A stretch of DNA of 64,000 bases from NCBI GenBank assembly GCA_963783385.1, contig CAWANJ010000009.1, forward strand, positions 832,001-896,000, in the 5' to 3' direction. Made by a program: the position numbers and the translations under genes. The notes beneath the pieces are model-generated. The model did not search any database. It was not told the DNA's origin and was given only the letters and a program-made list of their open reading frames with translations. This DNA comes from an uncultured Gemmatimonadales bacterium (lineage in GTDB: Bacteria > Gemmatimonadota > Gemmatimonadetes > Palauibacterales > Palauibacteraceae). Each line of letters begins with the position of its first letter. The first letter of the stretch is position 1. This document shows positions 31,389 to 40,962 of this stretch, piece by piece.

Positions 31389-32786
31389 ATGTTCAATAAG
31401 TTGAGGAGTTCCGCCATTTTGGGCGGGCCACTCTCGTTGGTCGCGATCCTGGTACTCGCCGGGGCACGGACGGGCGAAGCCAGCGTGTCGGCCGGAAAGG
31501 CCATGTCACTCAAGGACGTTCCGATTCCGAGCTTCTCCCGTCAGACCGGCCTGGCCTGCTCGGCATGCCACACCGCGTTTCCGCAGCTCACCCCGTTCGG
31601 TCGCCAGTTCAAGCTGGACGGCTACACCATGATGGGCGGTGAGCAGAAGGTCGAGGCCAAGAAGAAGGACGGCGGCACGTCGCTCCAGCTGGGCGTCATT
31701 CCGCCCCTGTCCTTCATGCTCCAGAGCGCGTACTCGGTCGTGAACACGAAGGTACCCGACACGCAGAACGGCGACCTTCAGTTCCCGCAGGAGTTCAGCG
31801 TGTTCGTCGGCGGCGAGATCGCGCCGAAGCTCGGCTCCTTCGTTCAGATTACGTACGACCCGGAGGGCGCGGCGCTCGGCCTGGACAACACGGATCTCCG
31901 CTTCGCGACCCACAGCTCCCTGGACTCGAAGGACCTGACGCTCGGCCTGACGCTGAACAACAATCCGACGGTCGAGGACCTGTGGAACTCGACCCCGGCG
32001 TGGGGCTATCCGTACGCCTCGTCGGAGGTGGGCCCCGGACCCGCCGCCGGCACCCTGGTGGACGGGGCGCTCGGCCAGGAGGTCGCCGGGCTCGGCGGCT
32101 ACGGGATGTTCAACAGCACCCTGTACGGAGCCTTCACGCTGTACCGATCGGCCCAGCAGGGAGGCCCCCAGCCGCCGGACGTGACCGCGGAGGGCGTGAT
32201 CAGCGGCGTGGCGCCCTACTGGCGTGCGGCCCTCACCCACGACTGGGGCACGAACTCCTTCGAGCTCGGGACCTTCGGCCTGCACGCGCAGATGTTCCCC
32301 AACGGCATCAGCGGCCTGACCAACAAGTTCACCGACGTGGCCCTGGACGCCCAGTACCAGCACATCACGGCACTGGGAGCGCTGACCGCGCACGGGGCGT
32401 TCATCCACGAAAAGCAGACCCTGGACGCCACGTACCAGGCGGGTGAGTCGGACAATCCCACGAACAATCTGAATACGGTCCGGGGCGACGTCTCCTACCA
32501 CTGGAACGACGCGGGCCTGGGCCTGACGCTGGGAGCCTTCTCGACCACGGGCACCACCGACGCCGGCCTGTACGGCCTCGCGGCGGTGGATGGCAGCGCC
32601 ACCGGGAACCCCAAGACGAACGGCTTCATGGGCCAGATCGGCTACATGCCCTGGCTCAACACGCGCTTCGTCCTCCAGTACGTGCTGTACAACGATTTCA
32701 ACGGCGGCAGCACGAACTACGACGGGTTCGGACGCTCCGCCTCCGACAACAACACGCTCTATCTGCTGAGCTGGATCATGTTTTGA
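31389..32786 (+). CDS. cyc2: Cyc2-like fused monoheme cytochrome-porin
   Basis: IPSFSRQTGLACSACH..FPQLTPFGRQFKLDGY signature followed by a beta-barrel ending in F. Confidence 0.85.
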   Translation: MFNKLRSSAILGGPLSLVAILVLAGARTGEASVSAGKAMSLKDVPIPSFSRQTGLACSACHTAFPQLTPFGRQFKLDGYTMMGGEQKVEAKKKDGGTSLQLGVIPPLSFMLQSAYSVVNTKVPDTQNGDLQFPQEFSVFVGGEIAPKLGSFVQITYDPEGAALGLDNTDLRFATHSSLDSKDLTLGLTLNNNPTVEDLWNSTPAWGYPYASSEVGPGPAAGTLVDGALGQEVAGLGGYGMFNSTLYGAFTLYRSAQQGGPQPPDVTAEGVISGVAPYWRAALTHDWGTNSFELGTFGLHAQMFPNGISGLTNKFTDVALDAQYQHITALGALTAHGAFIHEKQTLDATYQAGESDNPTNNLNTVRGDVSYHWNDAGLGLTLGAFSTTGTTDAGLYGLAAVDGSATGNPKTNGFMGQIGYMPWLNTRFVLQYVLYNDFNGGSTNYDGFGRSASDNNTLYLLSWIMF

Positions 32787-32806
32787 CCGTTCACACCGCG
32801 TCTCGC

Positions 32807-32838
32807 GCCGGGCCCGACCCTTCGGGGTCGGACCCGGC
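32807..32838 (+). other. UUCG-capped hairpin after cyc2
   Basis: GCCGGGCCCGACCC-TTCG-GGGTCGGACCCGGC with one mismatch. Confidence 0.5.
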
Positions 32839-33018
32839 CGTGGCGTCCCCCCCACCCGGCCGCGTCCCGGTGTACACTCGCTACCCAACCCGATTGAGCG
32901 GACCCCAGCGCCAACCGCTCCGCGCGGGCGCCATCCGTCGTTCGGTCGCGGATGGGTCTTCAGCGGGCCCGCCGGGTACACAAGCGCTCGGACAGCTCGA
33001 ACTCGATGGGAGGACTGG

Positions 33019-33435
33019 ATGACGAAGGTGAGACTCACGGCCATGATGACCGTCCTGTTCACCCTCGCCCTGGTCGGAGGGGCCGCCGCGCGCGAGCCGC
33101 AACCGGCGGTGGCGAGGTGGGCGACCGCCGCCGACTCCGACACGGCCGCCCAGATCACCGAGGCCATGATCAATGCGGGGCGGAAGATCTTCCACGGGCC
33201 GGGCAGCTGCTTCGCCTGCCATGGACAGAACCTCCAGGGGACCGCGATCGCCCCGCGTCTGAGCGATTCCACCTGGAAGAACGGAGACGGAAGCTACGCC
33301 GACATCGTCAAGATCATCACGAACGGCGTGCCGGGAACCGCCATGGTGTCACACCCGGGAGGCATCAGTGATCAGCAGCTCCTGAAGGTGGCAGCCTACG
33401 TGTGGGCGGTGAGCCACGGGAAGGCGAAGGACTAG
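33019..33435 (+). CDS. Periplasmic monoheme cytochrome c
   Basis: Signal peptide, CFACH, G.AP.L.D..W, distal Met in GVPGTAM. Confidence 0.9.
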   Translation: MTKVRLTAMMTVLFTLALVGGAAAREPQPAVARWATAADSDTAAQITEAMINAGRKIFHGPGSCFACHGQNLQGTAIAPRLSDSTWKNGDGSYADIVKIITNGVPGTAMVSHPGGISDQQLLKVAAYVWAVSHGKAKD

Positions 33436-33478
33436 GGAGGGTTCATCCCCCGGGGAGAGCTCCTCCCCCAGGTACACC

Positions 33479-33515
33479 AAGAGGCGGGCCCGCGTCGATC
33501 GCGGGCCCGCCTCTT
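33479..33515. terminator. Likely bidirectional terminator between convergent genes
   Basis: Perfect 16-bp stem AAGAGGCGGGCCCGCG-TCGAT-CGCGGGCCCGCCTCTT. Confidence 0.65.
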
Positions 33516-33574
33516 CATGTGCTCCTGTCCGGTCGCGAGCGGGCCCCTCGCGGGAGCCCGCCCGGGGACATGGC

Positions 33575-34108
33575 TCAGTGGTTCGGTGCGCTCACGGCGG
33601 AGGGCGGCTCACCGGTGACGGCGATCGTTCCCTTCATCCCGAACGACTGGTGCGGCACGCACTCGTAGGAGTAGGTGCCCGCAGGAAAGTACGCCGGGTC
33701 GATCACCAGCTGGTACGTCGCCCCCTGGCTCACGAGGAAGGGGCTCATCTTGGGAGGCGCCCCCTTGGCGTCGAAGACGGTGCGGCTCGCCGCCATGATC
33801 GTGGGAAAGCTACGGGAGGAAAGCCGACCCCCCGAAGGCTCATTCGTGAACTCGACGTCGTGGGGCGTGTTCGTGGTGTTGACCCATCGCACCGTGTCGC
33901 CGGGCACGACCGTGACGTTCGAGGGAACGAACTTGAAGTTCTCCATCTGGATCGTGACCGTATGGGGGTGCCCGGTGTCCTGCTGGGCCGCCGCGCTCGT
34001 GGCGGTGATCGCCAGCGCGACCAGCGCGGCGCCGATCACGAGCTGGAGGGACCAGATCAGATCTATCTGTCGTCGTGACACTTTCGGTCTCCGGACTGTT
34101 CGAGTCAT
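33575..34108 (-). CDS. Type-1 blue copper protein (plastocyanin/azurin family)
   Basis: F.PS.VTV.PGDTVRWVN, PHDV, YECVPHQSFGMKG (His/Cys/His/Met ligands). Confidence 0.92.
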   Translation of the reverse strand: MTRTVRRPKVSRRQIDLIWSLQLVIGAALVALAITATSAAAQQDTGHPHTVTIQMENFKFVPSNVTVVPGDTVRWVNTTNTPHDVEFTNEPSGGRLSSRSFPTIMAASRTVFDAKGAPPKMSPFLVSQGATYQLVIDPAYFPAGTYSYECVPHQSFGMKGTIAVTGEPPSAVSAPNH

Positions 34109-34182
34109 CCATCGCCCAGAACCATCGGTTCCGGGAGCGAACTCTCACAGCCAGAATAAAACAAAGCGCGGGCTCCTCCACC

Positions 34183-34247
34183 GTAGGGAATTCCCCCACG
34201 AACAGGGTGGGGCAACTCTCCATCGGGTGTGAGGGGCCCGCGCCTAC
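34183..34247. promoter_or_regulatory. Three 17-bp boxes at 24-bp period upstream of the cupredoxin
   Basis: GTAGGG-AATTC-CCCCAC (34183), GTGGGG-CAACT-CTCCAT (34207), GAGGGG-CCCGC-GCCTAC (34231). Confidence 0.55.
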
Positions 34248-34277
34248 ATCTGTAGACCGGGTCGCGCGCCGCCTACA

Positions 34278-35096
34278 TCAGTCGGCGCCGCGGCCTCTGG
34301 CCGCGTGAGCCTTCAGGAACGACTCGATCCCGCTGAGCTGGTCCGTGGTCAGGGTGTCGACCTGCATCAAATGCATGTTCTGCTGCATGCGCGGAACGAC
34401 CTCGCTCCACTCGGACGCCGTGTGAGCCTTGGGTGAAGGCGTCTGGTGGCACACCGTGCACCGGCTGACGAAGACGGCCGCCTCCGGACCCGACGGTATC
34501 TCTCCGGCCTTCGCGACGGGTAGGGCGTTCCGCGTCAGGTAGGCCCGCAGGGAATCGATCTGCTCCCCGGTCGGCAGCGACCGGAAGGTCACGGCCGAGC
34601 GGAGCTGCTCCCCTCCGACGCGCTGCAGGAAGGGCCCGTTCACCCTGCCCTCGAGCAGGCTCATCCGCAGCTCCATGCGGCGCAGCAGGATGGGCCACTC
34701 CACCGCCGAGTGCATCTGGGGCGTCGGCAGCCAGTGGCACTGCGTGCAGTACGCCTGGAGAAGACCGGCCCCCGTGCTGTGTGGCTCCGGCAGAGCGGCG
34801 GCCGTGAAGCCCGCCGGGGGCAGGCCCGTCCCCAGCGACGCCACGGCACGCCAGCGCTGCGCCCGGCTCAGCTGAGCGAACTGCGGACCGCCCAGTTCCT
34901 CCATGAAGCTGTCGGCCCTGGCCACGATCGTTCCGTTCTGCGTCGACTGCGCGGCCTGCGGCGCGCCGCCTCGGGCGCACGCCACCAGGGCGAGCCCGGC
35001 CACGGCCAGCCCCAGCGGGAGAACCCAGCCGGATCCTCCCCTGCTCCGTCTGTGCGACGAGGCCGGGTGCTCGTCCGCCACTCCCTCGGTGCCCAT
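34278..35096 (-). CDS. Diheme cytochrome c, probable lipoprotein
   Basis: LVAC lipobox; two repeats of CxxCH..P.P..H.A.EW....RM. Confidence 0.85.
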   Translation of the reverse strand: MGTEGVADEHPASSHRRSRGGSGWVLPLGLAVAGLALVACARGGAPQAAQSTQNGTIVARADSFMEELGGPQFAQLSRAQRWRAVASLGTGLPPAGFTAAALPEPHSTGAGLLQAYCTQCHWLPTPQMHSAVEWPILLRRMELRMSLLEGRVNGPFLQRVGGEQLRSAVTFRSLPTGEQIDSLRAYLTRNALPVAKAGEIPSGPEAAVFVSRCTVCHQTPSPKAHTASEWSEVVPRMQQNMHLMQVDTLTTDQLSGIESFLKAHAARGRGAD

Positions 35097-35313
35097 GCTG
35101 CCTCCCTCGTGCTGTGGCGCGCCCGCTCCAGCGAGCGGACGCACCCCTGTCGTCCCTTCACCCATCCTTCGAGGTCGCGGTCGCCGAGCCCACCGTCCGT
35201 CCCATCCATCCCTGTCCGGGCGGGCTCGGCGCACTTTGCGCCGCGACGGTCTCTAGAGTGCTGAGGAAGCCCGCTCGACGCAATACGTAGGAGACGAACG
35301 GGAGCCACGGCAA

Positions 35314-35363
35314 CGGAGGGGGTGGGATTCGAATCCACAAGGGCTCTCGACCGACGGTTTTCA
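35314..35363 (-). repeat. Degenerate duplicate of the tRNA-Ser 3' half (att-like)
   Basis: 25 of the first 26 nt match 46077 onward (CGGAGGGGGTGGGATTCGAA-t/c-CCACA); weaker similarity continues to GGTTTTCA. Confidence 0.8.
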
Positions 35364-35535
35364 GAATGGATCGGGCGGGTTTCGCAGGACTCCGTTTGAG
35401 TCCCTTCAGGTCCGCTTGAGGCTACGTGCGTTGAACTTTCATGACCAGCCCGTTTTCACGCTCCGTCACATGCGCCGTCTACAGCCGCCTCCGTCCCCGA
35501 CAATTCTCCCAACGGTGACCTGAGCGACCTGCCCC

Positions 35536-35584
35536 GCTCGCCTCCACAGTCGTCGGTCATGGCGGCACCGAACCACAAGTCGCT
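35536..35584 (+). repeat. 49-bp perfect direct repeat, copy 1
   Basis: GCTCGCCTCCACAGTCGTCGGTCATGGCGGCACCGAACCACAAGTCGCT, identical to 45031-45079. Confidence 0.95.
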
Positions 35585-35788
35585 CCTGGAGTGTCGGGAT
35601 CGGAGCTGGCTACGCCCACTCCGTCCCGCCTACGAGAGCGACCGAGCTGTCACATTCTCAGCCGCCACGACCGTCACATTTACGACCGCCGCTGACACTC
35701 CCATGACCTGCAGGTCCCGACCGGAGCCTCGCCCAAGGCGACGAAGGGACCGTCCTTCGACCTGTCGACCTGCACCAGCTCGGCCCAG

Positions 35789-36080
35789 TACGTGGCCGTT
35801 GATCTGGACACCCTGGATGGCACGGGGAGCGTGGCGTTTGGCATCAACACGGCCGGCCAGGTGGTGGGAGAGAGCCAGATCTCCGGCGTCGCCGCGTGGC
35901 ATGCCTTCCTGTGGCAGGACGGTACGATGCAGGACCTGGGCACCCTGGGCGGCGCATAGAGCGGGGCCGGGGGCATCACTACGGGCGGGCAGGTAGCAGG
36001 TTCGAGCCAGACCACAGACGGCGTGCCGCACGCCACCCTCTGGCCCCTGATCACTCCCGTCGAGCAGGTGGACAACCTCC
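35789..36080 (+). pseudogene. HAF-repeat extracellular protein remnant
   Basis: Manual translation: [38 protein letters not shown]...GQVAGSS; in-frame TAG at 35957; not in the ORF track in this frame. Confidence 0.75.
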
Positions 36081-36119
36081 CTGGGAAGCACACTGCTCAC
36101 GGACGCGGACGTTGTCCAC

Positions 36120-37076
36120 GTGAGCGAGAACGTGGAATCGCGCTACCTGGCCATGTTCGAGGCCCATGTCAGGAATCCCGAGCCGGGTGCGCTTCGTTTC
36201 GACGACGGGCAACTCGACCACGCGTGGGCCGTACGTAGGGGGCGACGACTCGAAGTCTGGTCCATCCCGATGCTGGCGCGGCTGATGGACACGCAGCTGG
36301 ACCAGGCCCCGGTCTATCACGAATTCGTGGAGCCGGCCGGCATGACGCATGGGGCGATCGTCACGGCCCCGGTCTCTTCCGAAGAGGCCATCCTCGGCAT
36401 GTCACATTCGCAGCCTGGCCGCACCGACTTCTGCGAGAGGAGGGCTCTCGGCCTGATGCGCCTGGTGGCACCCGCCTTCAAGGCAGAGGTCGATACGCTC
36501 CTCCGGCTGCAGCCGATCTGGAGCTCGCTGGCGCGTACCCTGGATGACCTCGCCCACGCGCTCGCCGTGTTCGATGCCGGCGGCCGGCTGCTCTAACAGA
36601 CCCGAGCCCTCCAGGTCCTGGACCGGGAGGAAGCGGCGGAAGGCACTCTCTCCGAAGAGATCCATTGCCTGGCGGCGACCGTGACGAACCGGCGGCTGCC
36701 CCCAACCCCCGACGCGGTCGTTCGGTCCGGCACGGCGACGGTGGAAGTCGAGACCCCGACGGCCAGGTACGTGCTCCGAGCCACCCGGGTGCGCGCCGGA
36801 CTGCTGTCGATAGATGTATCCGTCCTCATCAGCGTGGAGCGTCTCACCCCCCGCATGCCCGATCCGGGGACGCTGATGGAACGCTATGGGCTCACGCCGC
36901 GGCAGGCGGAGGTAGTCGTTCTGCTCGCCCGAGGTCTCTCGGACGCTGAGATCGCGGAGCGGCTCTCGATCAGCCCCCACACGGTCCACCACCACACAGA
37001 GTTGGTGTTCCTGGCGCTGGGGATCCACACCAGGAAGGGGCTGGGCCTCAAGCTCCTGGAGGACGAGGGGACCTAG
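36120..37076 (+). pseudogene. LuxR-type HTH regulator with an in-frame TAA at 36594
   Basis: ORFs 36120 and 36681 are in the same frame; YGLTPRQAEVV.LLARGLSDAEIAERLSISPHTV. Confidence 0.75.
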
Positions 37077-37165
37077 CTCGCCGGCGACCGTTACGGCTCA
37101 AGTATCCGCGTCACCCGGGTCCTCCACCGCCTCGGCCGAGGACCTCCAGGACACCGGCCGCTCCG

Positions 37166-37507
37166 TCAGCCATCGCACCGCGTGCAGCGGTAGCCAGGAT
37201 TCAGCTCGAAGGCGCCGGCCTCGATCCCCCCCGCCGCCTCCAGCAGCATTCCCGGCATGCGTCCGACCTGCTCTTCGCCGTGGCGGGCCACCTCGAAGGA
37301 CGTCTGCGAGGGGAGGCGGTCGAGCGTCAAGCGGCCGACGTCCCTGCCCAGCTTCTGCTCGGTCTCGGTCCCGCCCGCGGTCGTGTTGTCGATCCAGTCC
37401 ACGTAGCCCGGGAACGGTAGGCCCTCGACCTTGAAGGCGAAGCGCTCCTGGACGGCGAGCGCGAGCTCAAAGCCGTCGGCGCGCTTCCGGTGGTAGGGCT
37501 CGACCAT
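37166..37507 (-). pseudogene. PD-(D/E)XK (RecB/AddB-like) nuclease fragment
   Basis: E.F.F.VEG..F.GYVDWID and terminal F..NPG..CxxCD; central part appears deleted. Confidence 0.5.
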
Positions 37508-37587
37508 GGCGAGGCCGTCGGCCTTCGTTACATCTCGCGACTCGCGTAGATTACCTTTGGTGCACGTTCCGGACTCGAGAGCCCCGG

Positions 37588-39012
37588 ATGTCGGAGCTCA
37601 CCGCAGCGACTCGGGCATGCCCTCACCCCCTGCACCTTCTGGAAGGAGCTCCCAGCACCGTGCCACTTCCGACCTTTCGGTCCGTCGCCGCTCGCATGGA
37701 TGGAGTCCGCTCTCCGGTCAGACTCCGGGGCATATCGCCCGACGCCGTCGAGAGGCTGCTCGATCCTGACGACCTGTTCTGGCTCGGCTATCGGTCCGGG
37801 CCCAATGGACCTTCCCTGGACGAGCTCTGCCCGACGGTGGCCGCGGGCGATCACCGGGTCGCCGTGGACAACACGCGCGGGTACATGGACGGCCGGGACA
37901 AGGGTCTCTGGCAGGTGCATCGACACCTCAAGGATCACGAAGCCGTCTCGCTCCGAAGCCTCCTCGCTCGCCACGACCGATCGGAGCGCAGCCGCGCCCA
38001 TCACGTGCTGTGGTACAACACCTACCTGCTGCGGCCGTTCTGGGTGGGGGTTCCCGGCTCCGGCCGCATGTTCCAGATCGAGGCGACCCCCGACTCCGAC
38101 CACCGCAGGACCCAGATCGGCGCCGCCATCGAGGAGGTCGGATACAGCATCGCCGGGCTGTGCGAGGTGTGGAACGACGACGATCGAGGAGCCCTGCTGC
38201 GGGAGATACCGCATCGCGAGTCGAAGACGGGCGTCCGAACACCCACCGTGGGGAGCGGCCCCCTGGGGGTCGAGAGCCTGAAGGGCAGCGGGCTGGTCAC
38301 GCTCACCCGGGGACCGGACGACGCACGGCCGCACATCATGCGCGACGAGCACACGACGTTCAGCGATCAGGGAGAACCGTTCAGGGACACTGACGCCTAC
38401 TCGCGCAAAGGCGTGCTCCTGACCGAGATCGACCTCGGCCCGGGTCACCTCGACCTGTACACGACGCACCTCATCAGCGGGGGAGGCGTTCCCGAGACGA
38501 TCCGGGCGTCGATGTCCGGATTCCCGCTCCGACCGCTGAGAGAGATCCGGGCCCGGCAGATCCGCGAGCTCGCGGAGTTCATCGCCCGCACGCACAAGCC
38601 CGAGAACCCCGCTCTGGTGCTCGGCGACTTCAACGTCCATGCGAAGCCCGGCGATGCGGCCACGGAGTACCAGGGCCTCCTGAAGGCAATGTACGCTCTC
38701 GGGCTGCAGGACGCGTGGCTCGGTCGCGGAAGTCCGTGGGGCGACTCCTACGAGCCCGCGTCCGCGTGCGAGCGCGACGCGACGAGCGGGCCGGCCGGGC
38801 TATGCGTGGACTACCCCGAGGACCGGGGCCCGGCGGAGGAGTCGAACCGCTTCGACTACGTCTTTCTGGAGTTCCCGAGCCCCCACCACGCGTTCCAATT
38901 GGATATCGGTCGGATTCGGCGTGCATCGTTCTGGCGCGGCGGCGACGAACCGCCGCCCTACCTCTCGGATCACCTCGGGCTCGACTTCACCCTGGTCGCC
39001 AGCCCTCGGTAG
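37588..39012 (+). CDS. Endonuclease/exonuclease/phosphatase family protein (sphingomyelinase-like)
   Basis: WYNTYL, LCEVW, KGVL, TTHL, LGDFN, RFDYVF, SDHLG. Confidence 0.85.
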   Translation: MSELTAATRACPHPLHLLEGAPSTVPLPTFRSVAARMDGVRSPVRLRGISPDAVERLLDPDDLFWLGYRSGPNGPSLDELCPTVAAGDHRVAVDNTRGYMDGRDKGLWQVHRHLKDHEAVSLRSLLARHDRSERSRAHHVLWYNTYLLRPFWVGVPGSGRMFQIEATPDSDHRRTQIGAAIEEVGYSIAGLCEVWNDDDRGALLREIPHRESKTGVRTPTVGSGPLGVESLKGSGLVTLTRGPDDARPHIMRDEHTTFSDQGEPFRDTDAYSRKGVLLTEIDLGPGHLDLYTTHLISGGGVPETIRASMSGFPLRPLREIRARQIRELAEFIARTHKPENPALVLGDFNVHAKPGDAATEYQGLLKAMYALGLQDAWLGRGSPWGDSYEPASACERDATSGPAGLCVDYPEDRGPAEESNRFDYVFLEFPSPHHAFQLDIGRIRRASFWRGGDEPPPYLSDHLGLDFTLVASPR

Positions 39013-39036
39013 CCGGGCGCCGCCACGTGTCGGCGT

Positions 39037-40788
39037 TCATCTCGAAAGGCTGAACTGGTCTGTGAAGTTGTTGTCGAACACGCCCAGGGCGTTGAACCGG
39101 CGGTACGCCGCCAGCCACTTGTCCAGGCGTGGGAAGGCCGCCTCGAGGTCGCTCCGGTTCATCTCGGTGTACTTGCCCAGGTGCGGCCGGACGGGGATCC
39201 GACCCTCGTCGATGAGCGCTCGCTCCATCGCCGCCAGCTCGCGCTTGGCGAGGACCATCCGCCGCTCGACTTCCGCCTCCCGGCCCGCTTCGATGAGGAT
39301 CGGAACCTCGATCATCGCGGTGAAGCGGCCCTGCGAGGCGTCCAGGTAGTGCGCGGAGGGACCCGTGAACCGGATGCCCATCGGCGTGGCGAACAGGGAG
39401 TCGCTCTGGCCGATGAACTCGAGCACCCTCCCGACGGTCTCAGCCGTCGAATTCACGGGCACCGCGAACTCGGTGGAGATGGCCCGATCGGGCGGCTCGG
39501 GAGCTTCGTCGGGGCCCGTGGTGTTCCTGAGTCTTCGGAGCGCGATGTAGCTGGCGGACGCGGTGCGCCTCTTCACGAACGGCGGGCGGTTCGCTTCGGG
39601 CTCGAAATAGTAGTTCTTGAGCTTGTTGCCGATGCCGGGTCGATGCGAGTCGGGAGCCGGATGGCCGCCGATGATGGCCCGGACGATGTCTCGCACCGTC
39701 GTCCGCCTTCTCTCGGGTGGCCAGTCGGGCCGCCACGAGTCGGGCTTGGACTCGGCGCCCGTCTCTGCGTGCCGCTTGATGAGGCACGTGACGTTGTCGA
39801 CGGGCGGATCGGCCTGCCGCTCCGCAATGTTGACCAGCACCCCCACGTGCCGGTGGTCAAGCAGGAACTCCGGCACGTCCACGTCTCCCTCGATGCGCAT
39901 CTTCGGACCAGCGAGCCGGCGCTCGAGTCCCTCCAGATCGGTGAGCTCGCTGCTCTCCTCAAGCCAGTACTCGTCGCGGACCTCAAGAGTGTAGGCGACC
40001 GCGATCCCCATGCATCCGTAGCCCACCACGACGGAGCGGAACAGATCGGTGTCCTGCAGCAGGACCATCCCGTGCCGCCCGAAGTCCCGCTCGAACCGGA
40101 CGGGATCGGTGATCCCGTGCTCGGGCTCCAGCCGCAGCGGCTGGACCACGTGTCTGCCCGTGTCGGTCGCGAGGAGGGTCACGAGTTCGACGGAGCGGAC
40201 GAAGTCGGCCATGGTGGCCAGCAGGAGACCCGTCCCGTGCGTGCCGGTGTTCACCGCTCCGGCGACCGTCTGCCCGTCGAAGGAACCCATGTTCATCAGG
40301 GCGCGGCGGGCATCGGGCAGGATGCTCCGGTTCAGCTTCTTGATGGTGGTGCCCGCCCGCACGCGGATCAGGTGCTCAGCGTCCACGCCCGGACGGATCC
40401 AACCCTCGTGAGCGAGTTTCCCCTGGAGCGCCGAGAGATCCACCCGGATGTCCCGGACGTCCGCTCCCGGGCAGGCCGCGTTGGAGTGGGAATGCCCGGA
40501 GCCCACAGCCCGGATCCGGACGCCGCGTCGCACCGCCTCCTGTAGGGCGCCGATCACCTGGGCGCGTTGCGTCGGACGGACCGTGAAGGTAGAGACGGCA
40601 TGGTCCCCCAGCCAGTTCGCCCACGCACTGACCGAGAGCTCGGGCGGATCCTCCGGAAGCGCCGCGAACTGCTCTCGAAGACCGACGGGGCGCGCTGCCT
40701 CCCCGTGCCGGCGTGCCAGGTCGTCCAGGCCCGCCGCTTCGTCGTCCTCGCCGCGGGCCCGGATCAGCGTTCGGAACGAGAGGGGCAT
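39037..40788 (-). CDS. FAD-linked oxidase, aldonolactone oxidase (ALO-like) family
   Basis: RAVGSGHSHS, QTVAGAVNTGTHGTG, C-terminal RPHLGK and F.N.F. Confidence 0.85.
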   Translation of the reverse strand: MPLSFRTLIRARGEDDEAAGLDDLARRHGEAARPVGLREQFAALPEDPPELSVSAWANWLGDHAVSTFTVRPTQRAQVIGALQEAVRRGVRIRAVGSGHSHSNAACPGADVRDIRVDLSALQGKLAHEGWIRPGVDAEHLIRVRAGTTIKKLNRSILPDARRALMNMGSFDGQTVAGAVNTGTHGTGLLLATMADFVRSVELVTLLATDTGRHVVQPLRLEPEHGITDPVRFERDFGRHGMVLLQDTDLFRSVVVGYGCMGIAVAYTLEVRDEYWLEESSELTDLEGLERRLAGPKMRIEGDVDVPEFLLDHRHVGVLVNIAERQADPPVDNVTCLIKRHAETGAESKPDSWRPDWPPERRRTTVRDIVRAIIGGHPAPDSHRPGIGNKLKNYYFEPEANRPPFVKRRTASASYIALRRLRNTTGPDEAPEPPDRAISTEFAVPVNSTAETVGRVLEFIGQSDSLFATPMGIRFTGPSAHYLDASQGRFTAMIEVPILIEAGREAEVERRMVLAKRELAAMERALIDEGRIPVRPHLGKYTEMNRSDLEAAFPRLDKWLAAYRRFNALGVFDNNFTDQFSLSR

Positions 40789-40962
40789 GCCAGTGCTCCG
40801 GCTGGAGTGGAGGCGTAATCCAAACTAGTCCGGACACTCGAGGGGCACCACGGTCGACTCGCCGGCCCCGGTGTCCACGACTCCCTCCGTGCGGAGGTCG
40901 GAGTTATAGTTATGGAGGCTCTTATTTTCCGACAGCCTCATCCCAGGACCCCGGGGGATCCC

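Noticed and set aside
34183-34247. 24-bp periodic boxes as a mini CRISPR or iteron array
   Set aside because: Units are degenerate palindromes with 7-bp gaps, too short for spacers, and there is no rep gene
35314-35400. Possible second tRNA gene
   Set aside because: Only the 3' half is present, the T-stem has a mismatch, and there is no D arm or 5' acceptor strand; treated as an att remnant
35957-36596. In-frame TAG and TAA as possible recoding (pyrrolysine or readthrough)
   Set aside because: Both lie in truncated genes in a decayed island, TAG is a normal stop elsewhere in the window, and no pyl genes are visible
37166-37507. Cas4-like fragment suggesting CRISPR-Cas
   Set aside because: No repeat-spacer array or other cas genes were seen; better explained as a RecB-family remnant
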